Part shown: piece by piece, positions 30,187-41,600 of the stretch
How the letters are laid out: every line of letters begins with the position of its first letter
Position numbering within the stretch: the stretch's first letter is position 1
Assembly (NCBI GenBank): GCA_963762525.1
Contig: CAVXKT010000007.1
Coordinates: forward strand, 21,303-85,302
Length of the DNA stretch: 64,000 bases
Direction of reading: 5' to 3'
From: an uncultured Pseudomonadota bacterium
Lineage (GTDB): Bacteria; Pseudomonadota; Alphaproteobacteria; Acetobacterales; Acetobacteraceae
Position numbers and translations under genes: made by a program
The notes under the pieces: generated by a model
What the model saw: the letters and a program-made list of their open reading frames with translations, nothing else
The model's database searches: none
Told to the model about the DNA's origin: nothing

Positions 30187-30249
30187 GCTCTCCCCGATCG
30201 AGCGTCAGCATGGGACGGGGAGGGAGGGGATGCAAATCCGTCCGGCGGG

Positions 30250-30666
30250 TCACTCCACGTAGATCGTGATCGGCCGCGACATCACCGGCGGGTCGAACAG
30301 GCGGTGATTCGCATCGGCCAGGACGAGCTGCAACGTGTGCTTGCCGGGCGGCAGCTCGATGCGCGCTTCGGTCTGACCGCCGCCGAAATGCAGATGGTTC
30401 TTGTCGGTCGGTATCGGCTCGTTCGGGTCCAGCGGCTCGGTGACGTCGATCAGCAGATGGTGGTGCCCGCTGTTCGGATTGGCGTCTCCGGCGTGCGTGA
30501 CGCCCATGTTGCGCAGCCCGAAACGGCACCAGAAGGCGCCGCGCACCCTGGTGCCGTTCTGCGGCCAGATGATGTAAATATAGGCATCTTTGGGGGCCGG
30601 CGTGCGGGCTGCCGCACCGGTCGTCGCCAAGACCGCTCCTGCCATCAGCAAACGTCGCGTCAACAT
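30250..30666 (-). CDS. DUF4399 domain protein, probably exported (twin-arginine-like leader)
   Basis: 138 aa. MLTRRLLMAGAVLATTGAAA leader. GHHHLLID and HLHFGGGQTE blocks. GGAGGG lies 9 nt downstream of the preceding stop. Confidence 0.7.
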   Translation of the reverse strand: MLTRRLLMAGAVLATTGAAARTPAPKDAYIYIIWPQNGTRVRGAFWCRFGLRNMGVTHAGDANPNSGHHHLLIDVTEPLDPNEPIPTDKNHLHFGGGQTEARIELPPGKHTLQLVLADANHRLFDPPVMSRPITIYVE

Positions 30667-30675
30667 CGCGCCCTC

Positions 30676-32250
30676 CTATTCCGAGCGTGCGACCCGGAAG
30701 CCATTGCCGGGATAGCGAACGTCGGTTTCGTAATGCTCACGATCGGAGACCCGCAGAACGTTGGGCGCGCTCATCCAGGACCCGCCGCGCAGAACGTGAT
30801 CGCCGCGCTCATCTTCGCATCCCCGGGCGGCGCCGGTCTTCGGCGCGCCGAGATAGCTCGGATACCAGCAATCCGCGACCCACTCGGAGACACCGCCGCC
30901 CATATCGAACAGGCCGAACAGGTTGGGTGCGAAGCTGCCCACCTTAAGCGGCCGGTTCGGATCGTGCGGCGATCCGCATGCGTTGCAGTTGGCGTGGCCG
31001 GTGCCGATCGTGTTGCCCCACCAATAGCGGCTCGTGGTGCCGCCGCGCGCCGCGTATTCCCACTCGGCCTCGCTCGGCAGGCGGTATTGCCGCCCGCTTA
31101 CGCGCGAGAGCCAGGTGATGTAGGTCATGGCGTCGAGCCAGCTCGCATTCGTCACCGGCTGACCGGCGTCTCCCTGGATGTCGCGGCAAGCCCCCGCGGC
31201 GACGCAGCTGCGCCACTCGGCAACCGTAACAGGATACTTGCCAATCCAGAATGCGTGGACCAGCACCATATGGACCGGCTCCTCGGAGGGATCATCCCGG
31301 CTTCCCATCCGAAACTGCCCGCCCGGAATCAAGATCATCTCCGGCTCCGAGATCGTTGATGCGGGCGGCGTCGGCTTCGTCGGGCCGGGTACGGGCGGCA
31401 CAACGGCGACGGCGACACTCTCCGGCTTGGGTGGGCTCGGTGCCGATCCCGCTGGCGCGCCGGGGGAAGGTTGGGAATCGGGGGGAAGCGCGGCGGGGGC
31501 CGCTGGCGGGGCGGCGACCGACTTCGATGGCGTCGTAACCGGCGGGCTAAGGGGTGCGGTTCTGAGGGCAAGTTCGGAAACCGGAGGCTTTTGGCGGGCC
31601 TGCGTCACCCCGGTCTCGATCCGAGGCCAAAAAAACCACGCAGTACCGGCACCGGTGGCGATAAGCATCGCGAGTAGCGTCAACGCAGGAACTCGCCATA
31701 GCGCCACCCCTCGGCCGGCCGCACGATCGGGTAGCACGCGATAAATTGTGACCGGATCGGTGATGTTCTTCACCCTGCGGTCGCCGAGGCGCTGATAGGA
31801 GCAGACCAGCTTATTTTTGATCTGCTCGAAGATGGCGCCTGAAATAAAGATGGTTCCCGGGGCGGCGAGCTGCTCGAGTTGGGCCGCGATGTTTACTCCC
31901 TCTCCGTAGATATCATCATCTTCGATGATAATATCACCAAGGTTAACCCCCATGCGATACTGGATCCATTGCGACCTGGGCAGGTCGAGGTTGCGCGCGA
32001 CCATGGATTGCTGAACCACGATCGCGCATCGGACCGCCTCCACAGGCAATTCGAAGGAGGCGAGAAACCCATCCCCGCGGGTCTTGACGATGCGGCCTCG
32101 ATGTTCGGTGACAACGGGCAAGACAAGCTCGCGCACCAACGCCCGCACGCGCGCGTGAGTGCCGCGTTCATCGGCGTGCATCAGCCGCGTGTAGCCAACG
32201 ATATCGGCGGCCAGCACCACGGTCAGTCGGCGAGGTCCGATGCTTTCCAT
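30676..32250 (-). CDS. Membrane-anchored fusion: N-terminal class III nucleotide cyclase domain, one TM helix, Pro-rich linker, C-terminal FGE-sulfatase (SUMF1/DUF323)-like domain
   Basis: 524 aa. Cyclase blocks VVLAADIVGYTRLM, IVKTRGDGFLASF, GEGVNIAAQLE. TM ALWRVPALTLLAMLIATGAGTAWFFW. FGE-like region LIPGGQFRMGS...PVTNASWLDA...RLPSEAEWEYAARGG...GNVSEW-like...LRGGSW...GFRVARS. Confidence 0.8.
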   Translation of the reverse strand: MESIGPRRLTVVLAADIVGYTRLMHADERGTHARVRALVRELVLPVVTEHRGRIVKTRGDGFLASFELPVEAVRCAIVVQQSMVARNLDLPRSQWIQYRMGVNLGDIIIEDDDIYGEGVNIAAQLEQLAAPGTIFISGAIFEQIKNKLVCSYQRLGDRRVKNITDPVTIYRVLPDRAAGRGVALWRVPALTLLAMLIATGAGTAWFFWPRIETGVTQARQKPPVSELALRTAPLSPPVTTPSKSVAAPPAAPAALPPDSQPSPGAPAGSAPSPPKPESVAVAVVPPVPGPTKPTPPASTISEPEMILIPGGQFRMGSRDDPSEEPVHMVLVHAFWIGKYPVTVAEWRSCVAAGACRDIQGDAGQPVTNASWLDAMTYITWLSRVSGRQYRLPSEAEWEYAARGGTTSRYWWGNTIGTGHANCNACGSPHDPNRPLKVGSFAPNLFGLFDMGGGVSEWVADCWYPSYLGAPKTGAARGCEDERGDHVLRGGSWMSAPNVLRVSDREHYETDVRYPGNGFRVARSE

Positions 32251-32450
32251 CTTCCTTACCGGTGAGCTCCGGAGACGGACACGTGCGGCAGTTTAATCTG
32301 ATAGCGGAGCATTGCCCATCACAAGCGCATGTTCGTCGGCCGGCATGCGGCGTGGGGGGAGCCGGAACCGCATTCCCTTCGGAGATCCCCGTTCGGGCGG
32401 CCCGGGAGCGGTGGCCGGCAGGACGCTGTCATGCTAGGGAGCGGATGATG

Positions 32451-32524
<74 letters not shown>

Positions 32525-32530
32525 GCTCGG

Positions 32531-33556
32531 CTACTGCGGAGCAGCGCCCGTCGCCTGGTGCAGATACGCGAGGTCCACGTAGCGCATCGGGTCGGTCAGC
32601 TCACGCTGCGGGCTACCGTATTTGCTGCGCAGCGCCAGCACGGTTCTGATTCCCGCGACGTCGGGCGCGACGTTGCGGTAGAATCCGCCGGTCGGGGCCA
32701 GCATGATATCGCAGGTCGCGCGGGCGAGCGGGAAAGTCATGCTGGCAATGTGCGCGACCAGGATCGCCTCGGCGACCGGTCTGTTGGCGGGATCGTACAG
32801 CCACTCGATCGCCTGCTTGTAGGCGCGGATGAAACCGACCACCTCCCGCGCATGCGCCGCCGCCCAGGGGCGGCGGACGGCGGCGACGATGCCTTGATAG
32901 GGGCCGATTACGTCGCGCACGCGCTCCAGCACATGCATCCCCTTCTGATCGCTGAGCAGATCGAAGGGTGTCATCTGCATGGTGGCCGCGTGCTGGCGGT
33001 CCCTGACCATGTCCAGAAAGCGGTCGAACACGCCACCGGCGCGCACCAAACGCACCTGATCCTCGGCCACGCCGGCGCGGCTCAGCAGATCGAAGAGCAC
33101 GAAGGCGAAGCCGGTAGTCACGGCATCGACCGTGACGGTTTTGCCGCGCAGGTCGGCAACCTTCCTCACGTCGTCCTGAGCGACCAGCGACAGGAAGGCG
33201 TCATCGGAGCCAAGCACCGCGACCAGTTGGGGATCGGGGCCGATCGGAGCCTCGCCCTGCCCCTCGTCATAGGCGACCACGTTGTCAATCGCCGTCATCG
33301 CCAGGTCGTAGTTGCCGGCGAGCAGATTGGTCATCTGATAGATCGAATTGGGCGTGAAGCTGAGGCGCACGTCCAAACCCTCGCGGGCGAAATAGCCCTG
33401 CCGCTCGGCGGCCCAGATCGGCAGGTTGAAGCCGCCGGCGAAGGCGATAACCCGCAGTTCGGTCAGCGGATGCGGGTTCGGCGTCGGCGGCGGATTCTGT
33501 GCCCGCGTGCCGACAGAGAAAGTGAGAAGAATGATCGTTGCCATGATCCGTATCAT
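32531..33556 (-). CDS. NMT1/THI5-like (SsuA/TauA-type) periplasmic ABC substrate-binding protein
   Basis: ORF 32531..33829. Probable start is MIRIMATIILLTFSVGTRAQ (alternatives at 33574 and 33544). Type-II binding fold pattern. No cognate permease or ATPase adjacent. Confidence 0.7.
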   Translation of the reverse strand: MIRIMATIILLTFSVGTRAQNPPPTPNPHPLTELRVIAFAGGFNLPIWAAERQGYFAREGLDVRLSFTPNSIYQMTNLLAGNYDLAMTAIDNVVAYDEGQGEAPIGPDPQLVAVLGSDDAFLSLVAQDDVRKVADLRGKTVTVDAVTTGFAFVLFDLLSRAGVAEDQVRLVRAGGVFDRFLDMVRDRQHAATMQMTPFDLLSDQKGMHVLERVRDVIGPYQGIVAAVRRPWAAAHAREVVGFIRAYKQAIEWLYDPANRPVAEAILVAHIASMTFPLARATCDIMLAPTGGFYRNVAPDVAGIRTVLALRSKYGSPQRELTDPMRYVDLAYLHQATGAAPQ

Positions 33557-33728
33557 GGCACCGCGTCCGATCATGAATCCCCCCGCGTGGCCCCATGGAG
33601 CTTTGCGTCCAGCATATCGGTACTGCGATGAGGCCGGAAGGCCGTCAGGTCGCCTGCTTGCCCCGGGGCGGGTCGCGCATATTCCTCTAGCCGGATAAGC
33701 TGACCGCTCCTCGCAACGGACATATCCC

Positions 33729-34001
33729 ATGTATCGCCTCTTCCTGGTCTTCGCCCTGGTTGCGGTCGCCGCCTCCCCCGCCTTGGCGGTCGGGCGCGGT
33801 GGCGAGCCGGCGATCGCCAATGACACCACGACTTCGATGGGCGAACCGACGGGCTCCCCATCCTATGCGGCGCCGCGATCGGCGGGCGTGCCCGGAACGC
33901 CGGCAAACCAGCGCGCGCTCTCACTGGGACAAGATCCCGCCCTGGTCGCGCGCTGCGGCACGTTCCGCCCGCAACCGGGGTGTCACGCGCCGCCGCCCTG
34001 A
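33729..34001 (+). CDS. Small secreted hypothetical protein
   Basis: 90 aa. Strong signal peptide MYRLFLVFALVAVAASPALA. High third-position GC consistent with coding. No recognisable family. Confidence 0.5.
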   Translation: MYRLFLVFALVAVAASPALAVGRGGEPAIANDTTTSMGEPTGSPSYAAPRSAGVPGTPANQRALSLGQDPALVARCGTFRPQPGCHAPPP

Positions 34002-34008
34002 CGGCGGT

Positions 34009-34542
34009 TCATCCGGGCGAAGCCGCCGCGGCCGCTATCGCGCGCATGATCGTTGCCTCCGCATCTTCGCGCCCGGCCCAGCCGAGCACCTTCACCCATT
34101 TGTCGTCTTCCAGATCCTTGTAGGTTCGGAAGAAGTGCTCGATCGCGGCGCGGGTGATGCGCGGCAGATCGTCCACCGACCCGACGTCGCTGAACTGCGG
34201 ATGCACGCGGTCGTGCGGGACGCAGATAAGCTTCTCGTCCGAACCCGCCTCGTCCTCCATACGCAGCATCCCGACCGGACGCGATCGGATCACCGCGCCG
34301 GGCACCACCGGCGCCGGCACCAGCACCAGCGCGTCGGCCGGATCGCCATCCGCGGAAAGCGTGCCGGGAATGAAGCCGTAGGCGGCCGGATAGGCGGTGG
34401 CGGTGAACAGGAAGCGATCGACGAACACGGCGCCGGAGTGCTTGTCCACCTCGTATTTGACCGCCGAGCCCTGCGGGATCTCAACGACGATGTTGATGTC
34501 GCGCGGCGGCGCGCGGCCGGTGGGAATTTTGCCGACGTCCAT
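34009..34542 (-). CDS. ppa: Soluble inorganic pyrophosphatase (family I)
   Basis: Internal ATG at 34542 gives MDVGKIPTGRAPPRDINIVVEIPQGSAVKYEVD...GDPADALVL... Confidence 0.9.
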   Translation of the reverse strand: MDVGKIPTGRAPPRDINIVVEIPQGSAVKYEVDKHSGAVFVDRFLFTATAYPAAYGFIPGTLSADGDPADALVLVPAPVVPGAVIRSRPVGMLRMEDEAGSDEKLICVPHDRVHPQFSDVGSVDDLPRITRAAIEHFFRTYKDLEDDKWVKVLGWAGREDAEATIMRAIAAAAASPG

Positions 34543-34738
34543 GATGCGGGCCTCCGGGGTAACGGCGCTTATATGGGACGCCCGCAAGGCCCTCACCGCC
34601 CCCGCCCGCGTGCGCGGCCTCTCCCGCAAGCGGGCGAGGCGAAAGAAAAAACCGGCGGCGGATCGATCGCCACTCCCGCCAACGGGAAAGGCCGGATCGC
34701 CGCTTGCGGCCATCCGGGCGAGGGCGCGCCGGGCGAGG

Positions 34739-36838
<2,100 letters not shown>

Positions 36839-36992
36839 CAGCGCATATCCTCCGGGGATCCGGCCGCGATTCGGCCGCACGAGAAAAAGGTGACGCCCTA
36901 TGCCAGAGCGGTGAACAACAGGCAAATCATGCGGTTCGAGGAAACGGCGCCCTTGCGCCCGCCCGATGCCGCGGGGCAAAACGAGGCGCCCC

Positions 36993-37066
36993 TGCGCCCG
37001 TAGCTCAACCGGTCAGAGCGGGCCGCTCATAACGGCTTGGTTGCAGGTTCGAGTCCTGCCGGGCGC
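36993..37066 (+). tRNA. tRNA-Met (anticodon CAT), elongator-type; tRNA-Ile2 (lysidine) not excluded
   Basis: Hand fold: acceptor gcgcccg/cgggcgc, D arm gctc-aaccggtca-gagc, anticodon arm ggccg-ctCATaa-cggct, T arm gcagg-ttcgagt-cctgc, discriminator a. G1-C72 is paired and there is no GGG/CCC anticodon stem, so it is not an initiator. Confidence 0.85.
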
Positions 37067-37104
37067 ATGGCTTACCCGATCTGCCGCAGTCCTTCGGATG
37101 CGAG

Positions 37105-37452
37105 CTAGCCGCCGACGGTGAGAACGAGCCCCAACTGATCGCCGAAGCGTCGCAGCGATTTTTCGGCGCTCGCCGGAAGCGGTGTGCGCCGATCGCGGCA
37201 ATGCAGGATCAGGGCGGCGGCAAGCGTCGGCTCCGCCACCACGATCTCGCGCTCCCCTCCGTTCGCGGTGGAACTCGCCGGATCGTCGAGCGCGATAATC
37301 AGCCGAACCCGCAGGCCGGTCGCGTCGGATTCGGTGACGCACTGCGTGATATTGCCGGACGGAAGCGGGCTCCGCATCCGGCGTTGATATTCGCGGATGG
37401 CCTGCACCACCTCGGGCGGACGGAACAGGATTTGGCGCAGCTCCGAGGGCAT
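37105..37452 (-). CDS. Hypothetical 115-aa protein, last gene of the giant-protein/DGC operon
   Basis: ATG at 37452 (MPSELRQILF...) lies 4 nt after the DGC stop (37457). High GC3. No family recognised. Confidence 0.5.
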   Translation of the reverse strand: MPSELRQILFRPPEVVQAIREYQRRMRSPLPSGNITQCVTESDATGLRVRLIIALDDPASSTANGGEREIVVAEPTLAAALILHCRDRRTPLPASAEKSLRRFGDQLGLVLTVGG

Positions 37453-37456
37453 GCGT

Positions 37457-38665
37457 TCAGGCGCTCCGGCGAGCACGCGGCGCCGGTTCGATCAGCGCGA
37501 AACTGCAGTCCTCCGGTGTTTCGAGGCAGACGCGGTTTCGCCCCGTCCGCTTGGCCTGATAGAGGGCCCGGTCGGCCCGTTCCACCAGCGCCGCCGGCGT
37601 CTCGTCACCGCGGAATCGGGCCACGCCGATGGAGACCGTGATCCGGCCCAGGCTCTCCCCCGAGCTCTTGTTGACCAACTGCTTGCCGCTCAGTGCCGCG
37701 CAGATTTGCCGGCCTACGGTCGCCCCCGCCTCGAGATCGGCGCCGGCGAGCAGGACGGCGAACTCCTCGCCGCCATAGCGGGCCGCGCAGTCGCGGCCCT
37801 TCACGTTGTCGGACAGCACCCGACCGACCAGCCGCAGCACCATATCGCCGGTACGGTGGCCATATTGATCGTTGAAGTCCTTGAAATGATCGATGTCGAG
37901 CAGCAGCACTGCCAGCTCTCGCCCTTCCGCGCGCGCCTGCGTGATCGCGCGGCTCAACCGGGCGTCGAAACCCTTGCGGTTGGTAATCCCGGTCAGCGCG
38001 TCGGTGGTCGCCTTGTGTTTGACATCGGCAAGGCTTAGCCGCAGGCGGTTGATGCGCGAGGCCGAGGTCGACAGCTGCTGCTCCAGCGCGCGGTTGCGCT
38101 CGCCAGCGCGGATGGTCTCGTCGGTCAGCGTGGAGATGGCGCGCGCCAGATCGCCGATCGTTGGCTGGTCGGCGAGACGGACGGCCCAATGCGCCAGCAG
38201 TTCGCCATAGGCGCGAATCCCCGCCTGACCGCCGGCCACCTGCTCGACCAGCGTCTGCGCCGCCTGTTGAATGGCCTCCGACCCGGTGTTGACCGCCAAC
38301 TCCTCCTCGGCGGCAACAAACTCGCGATGCAGCATGTCGAGAACCGCATCGGTAAGTGGTTCGCCCCGCTGCAGGAGCCCCCCGAGCCGCCCGCTCAGCT
38401 CCGCGTTGTCACCACAGCAGTGGTGAAAAAAAAGCCCGAAGTTACGCGGCATGGGCGGAATTGCGTGGTGTTCCATTACCGCCCGAGCCGCGGCCGCGAT
38501 CCGCCAGACGTCTTGCCCGGCAACCGCGTTTTTTGCCGCCGGCTTCTCGGGTTTGACTGGTCCGGACATCGAGGGAGTACGCCTTGCATCTAAGGTCAGG
38601 CGCGGATTATCGATAGCCGGAGTTTCCGGCCGGTTAACGGGGTGCGATGTAAAGTTGTGCTCCAC
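37457..38665 (-). CDS. Diguanylate cyclase (GGDEF domain, GGEEF active site) with coiled-coil/helical N-terminal domain
   Basis: DALTGITNRKGF...LLLDIDHFKDFNDQYGHRTGD...RYGGEEFAVLL...ADRALYQAKRTGRN. GTG start at 38665 or ATG at 38569. Confidence 0.85.
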   Translation of the reverse strand: MEHNFTSHPVNRPETPAIDNPRLTLDARRTPSMSGPVKPEKPAAKNAVAGQDVWRIAAAARAVMEHHAIPPMPRNFGLFFHHCCGDNAELSGRLGGLLQRGEPLTDAVLDMLHREFVAAEEELAVNTGSEAIQQAAQTLVEQVAGGQAGIRAYGELLAHWAVRLADQPTIGDLARAISTLTDETIRAGERNRALEQQLSTSASRINRLRLSLADVKHKATTDALTGITNRKGFDARLSRAITQARAEGRELAVLLLDIDHFKDFNDQYGHRTGDMVLRLVGRVLSDNVKGRDCAARYGGEEFAVLLAGADLEAGATVGRQICAALSGKQLVNKSSGESLGRITVSIGVARFRGDETPAALVERADRALYQAKRTGRNRVCLETPEDCSFALIEPAPRARRSA

Positions 38666-38680
38666 CGAACGGACCGAGCT

Positions 38681-41600
38681 TTAGATCGCGATCGTGTGCG
38701 TCAGGCCCGTCAGTTGCACATGCGTGCCGTCGGTCAGCCGCAGGCTGAGCGAACCCGCGGCGACGGTCTGCGACTGCACGCCGACCCCCTTCAGAACCAG
38801 CTTGTCGGTCCCGACGCGGAACCCGGTGATCACATCCGTCCCGCCGCCGTGCCCGGTCAGGAAGTCGAAGCTGGTGGCGTTGCCCCAGCCGGCCAGCTTC
38901 ACGGCAGTGTCGCCGCTGCCGAATTGCACGTCGCCGCCGCCCGAGGTCATCGTCAAAGCGGCTTGCCCTGATCCGCCGACGAAGCGAAGTCCTTTCGTGC
39001 CGCCGGATACGGTGAGGCTTCCGGCCGCGCCGGAAACGAACAGGCTGCCATACCCGCCGTCGATCACCGCGTCCCCGGAACCGCCGATGAAGCTCAGCGC
39101 GGCGCCTCCCTGCTTGTAGGTCAGTGCGCCGGAGCCGCCCAGCAGCGTCACATTCCCCGCGGTCGGATCGGAGTCGATCACGCTCAATCGTCCGCTCCCG
39201 CCCTGGATGCGGGCATTCGCGGCCATGACCGTGATCTGATCCGCGCCGCCGCCCGCCTGCACCTTGTCGGCGCCGTAGAGAGTGACGCTGGCCGGACCCG
39301 CCCCCAAAGTGACGCCGGTTGTGCCGCCGCGCCCTGTGGTGATCGCAATCCCGCTGGCCGCCGTGGTCAGCACCGCCGACCCGCCACTGACCAGCGCCGT
39401 CGCCGCCGAGGTGCCGGTGCCGGCGGAGAACTGTACCGTCGCGTTGGTCTCACTCACTCTGGCGTATTTGCCGGCGCTGATGGTGGCGTGCGCCGCCGCC
39501 GTGACCGTGACGTAGTCGTTGCCGCGCCCGTTCAAAGTGTCGGTGCCGCTGAGCGTAATCGTGCTCGCGCCGGTGCTGCCGGTTATCGTTGAGTTGCCGT
39601 GAACGGTGATGGTCTGATTGCCGGGGCCGCCCAGGATGGTGTCGGTTCCCCAGCTATTCACCGTGTCGGCGCCGGCGAGCGTCAGGCTGTCGGTCGCCCC
39701 GGCGGCGGTGGTGATGGTCTCCGCGCCGCCGCCGTCGGTCGCCGTGTAGGTGAGGCCGCCGCTGCCGCCGGTGATGGTCTCGCGCGAACCGCCGTGGACG
39801 GTGAGCCGGCCGGCCCCGCCGATGAGCTTTATGTTGCTGAGATGCGCCTCGATCGTGCTGGCGAGCGCGCCGCCATAATAGGTGATGTTGCCGGTATCGC
39901 CGTCGATCCGGTAGTCGCCGCCGTTGCCGTAGAACGTCGCGCCGGCGGTATCGCCCTTGCCGTAGAGCGTCAGCGTGCCGCTGCCGGCGTAGACGCTGGC
40001 GGCGCCGGAGACGATGACGGTGTCGTTGCCCTTGCCGGCGTAGATCACGTCGGCGCCGAGGCTGCTGACGGTCGCGTTGCCGACGCCGAGATGCATGACC
40101 GTGCCCTTCGGCCCGGTCGCCGTGGCAATGTTCATGGTGGCGCTGTACACCCGCACGTTCACCGCGCCGCCGACGAGCGACATCGATTCCTCAGTGCCGC
40201 CCTGGATGATGTCGAACTGTGCCTTGCCGCCGTTGTTCAGCACCTGCAGGTTGCGCAGCGGCCCGGAGATGGCGACGCTGCCGTTCGCCGCGACATTCAC
40301 CACGGGGGCGCCGCCGTGGCCGTGAATGGTCGCCGAACCGGTGACCGTCCATTGGTCGTCGCCGCTGCCGTCCTCGATGGTGGCGCTACCGCCGACTTGG
40401 CCGCTGAGATTGCCGGCGCCGCCGACGATCGTATCGGTGCCCTCGCTGTCGATCAGATCCTGGCCCGAGAGATGCAGGCTGTTCACCGTGCCGGCCTCGG
40501 TCGAGATGGTGTTGCCGCCGGACGGCGCGACTTCGGTGAAATCGAGCCCGCCGGCGCCGCCAACGGCGACCACATGCCCGGCGGTGGCGGTCACGGTGAG
40601 CCGGCCGGCGCCGCCCTCGACGGCGGTGATCGACCCGTTCAGGTTCACCGAATGGGTCGCCGTGTCGGTGATGACGAGCGTGTGCCCCGGGAGCACGCCG
40701 GTGAGCGTGCTGTCGGGAAGCTTGACGCCGTTGGCGCCGGTATTTCCGATCTCGGTTGCCGGCCCATTGGCGACCTGACCCGGTGTCATCGAGGCGAACG
40801 AGTTGCCCGCAATGGTGACGCTGATCGCGGTCTGATTGAGAACCCCGATCGTCGCATTGCCCTTGTCGTTGACGAATTGATTGTCCTGCACCAGCAGCGA
40901 TGATCCGGCATAGGGGATGCCCTCGCCGCCGAAATGGACCATCGCCGTGTTCTGCGCCTGCGGGCCCTTTTCGATCAGGTTGTTTTCGACCACATCGACG
41001 CCGCCGTTCGGCAGGTCGATGTCGTAGCTCGCCGTCCCGGTCGGGCCGTCCTGGAAGACGTTGTCCTCGATCGTGTTGACCAACGCACGACTCTTGAATT
41101 CGTGGCCGACTTTGGCGTTTTCGAAAATGCTGTTGGTCGCCGTCAGGCTGGCGACGGCACCGACATAGAGATTATGCGTGTAGCCGGTCCCCGACCCGTT
41201 GCCGGAGAACAGGCAGTGATCGATGCTGATCGTGTTCGTCAGCCCCGCGATGACCGGAGGGGCGAGAATGCCGTCCTGATTGCCGATAAACGCATCGTTG
41301 ACGAGGGTCATTTGGCCGCCCTCGTAGCGGATCCCTGCCCCGTTCCCGCCCTCGGCATCGGGAATCGCGCAGCCGGAGAACGATAGGTTTTTGATGGTGA
41401 CGTCGTTATCGACGGTCAGGATGCCCTTGAAGTTCGGCGGCGGCACCGTCGCCACCAGATCGACCATGCCGCCCACGCCCTCGATGGTGATCTTGGTTTT
41501 TATGGTGGCGAAATCGTTGGTGTAGGTGCCGGCGTCGACCAGAATCACATCGCCGTCCCGGGAGGCGCCGATCGCCGCCGCCAAGCTCGCGTATTCCTTG

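Noticed and set aside
30676-32250. The cyclase gene as a Pycsar/CBASS-type antiphage cyclase.
   Set aside because: No cNMP-binding effector (TIR, TM effector, patatin, nuclease) is adjacent. The domain belongs by motif to the common rhizobial CyaA-like class III family and is membrane-tethered to a periplasmic domain. The neighbours are metabolic-type enzymes.
33557-33728. TPP riboswitch upstream of the NMT1/THI5-like binding protein.
   Set aside because: I could not find the conserved CUGAGA and ACCUGAUCUGGAUAAUGCCAGCG-like elements on the coding strand.
36946-37000. Duplicated 16-mer ggcgccc(t/c)tgcgcccg (36946-36961 and 36985-37000) overlapping the tRNA-Met 5' end, as an island attachment site.
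   Set aside because: Only 7-8 nt of the tRNA 5' acceptor strand are included. Integrases normally duplicate the tRNA 3' part, and no integrase or mobility genes occur on either side.
37105-37452. PilZ-type c-di-GMP receptor motifs in the 115-aa orphan.
   Set aside because: An RxxxR is present (REYQR), but no (D/N)xSxxG follows at the expected distance; ESDATGL does not fit. The receptor idea is kept only as an untested hypothesis.
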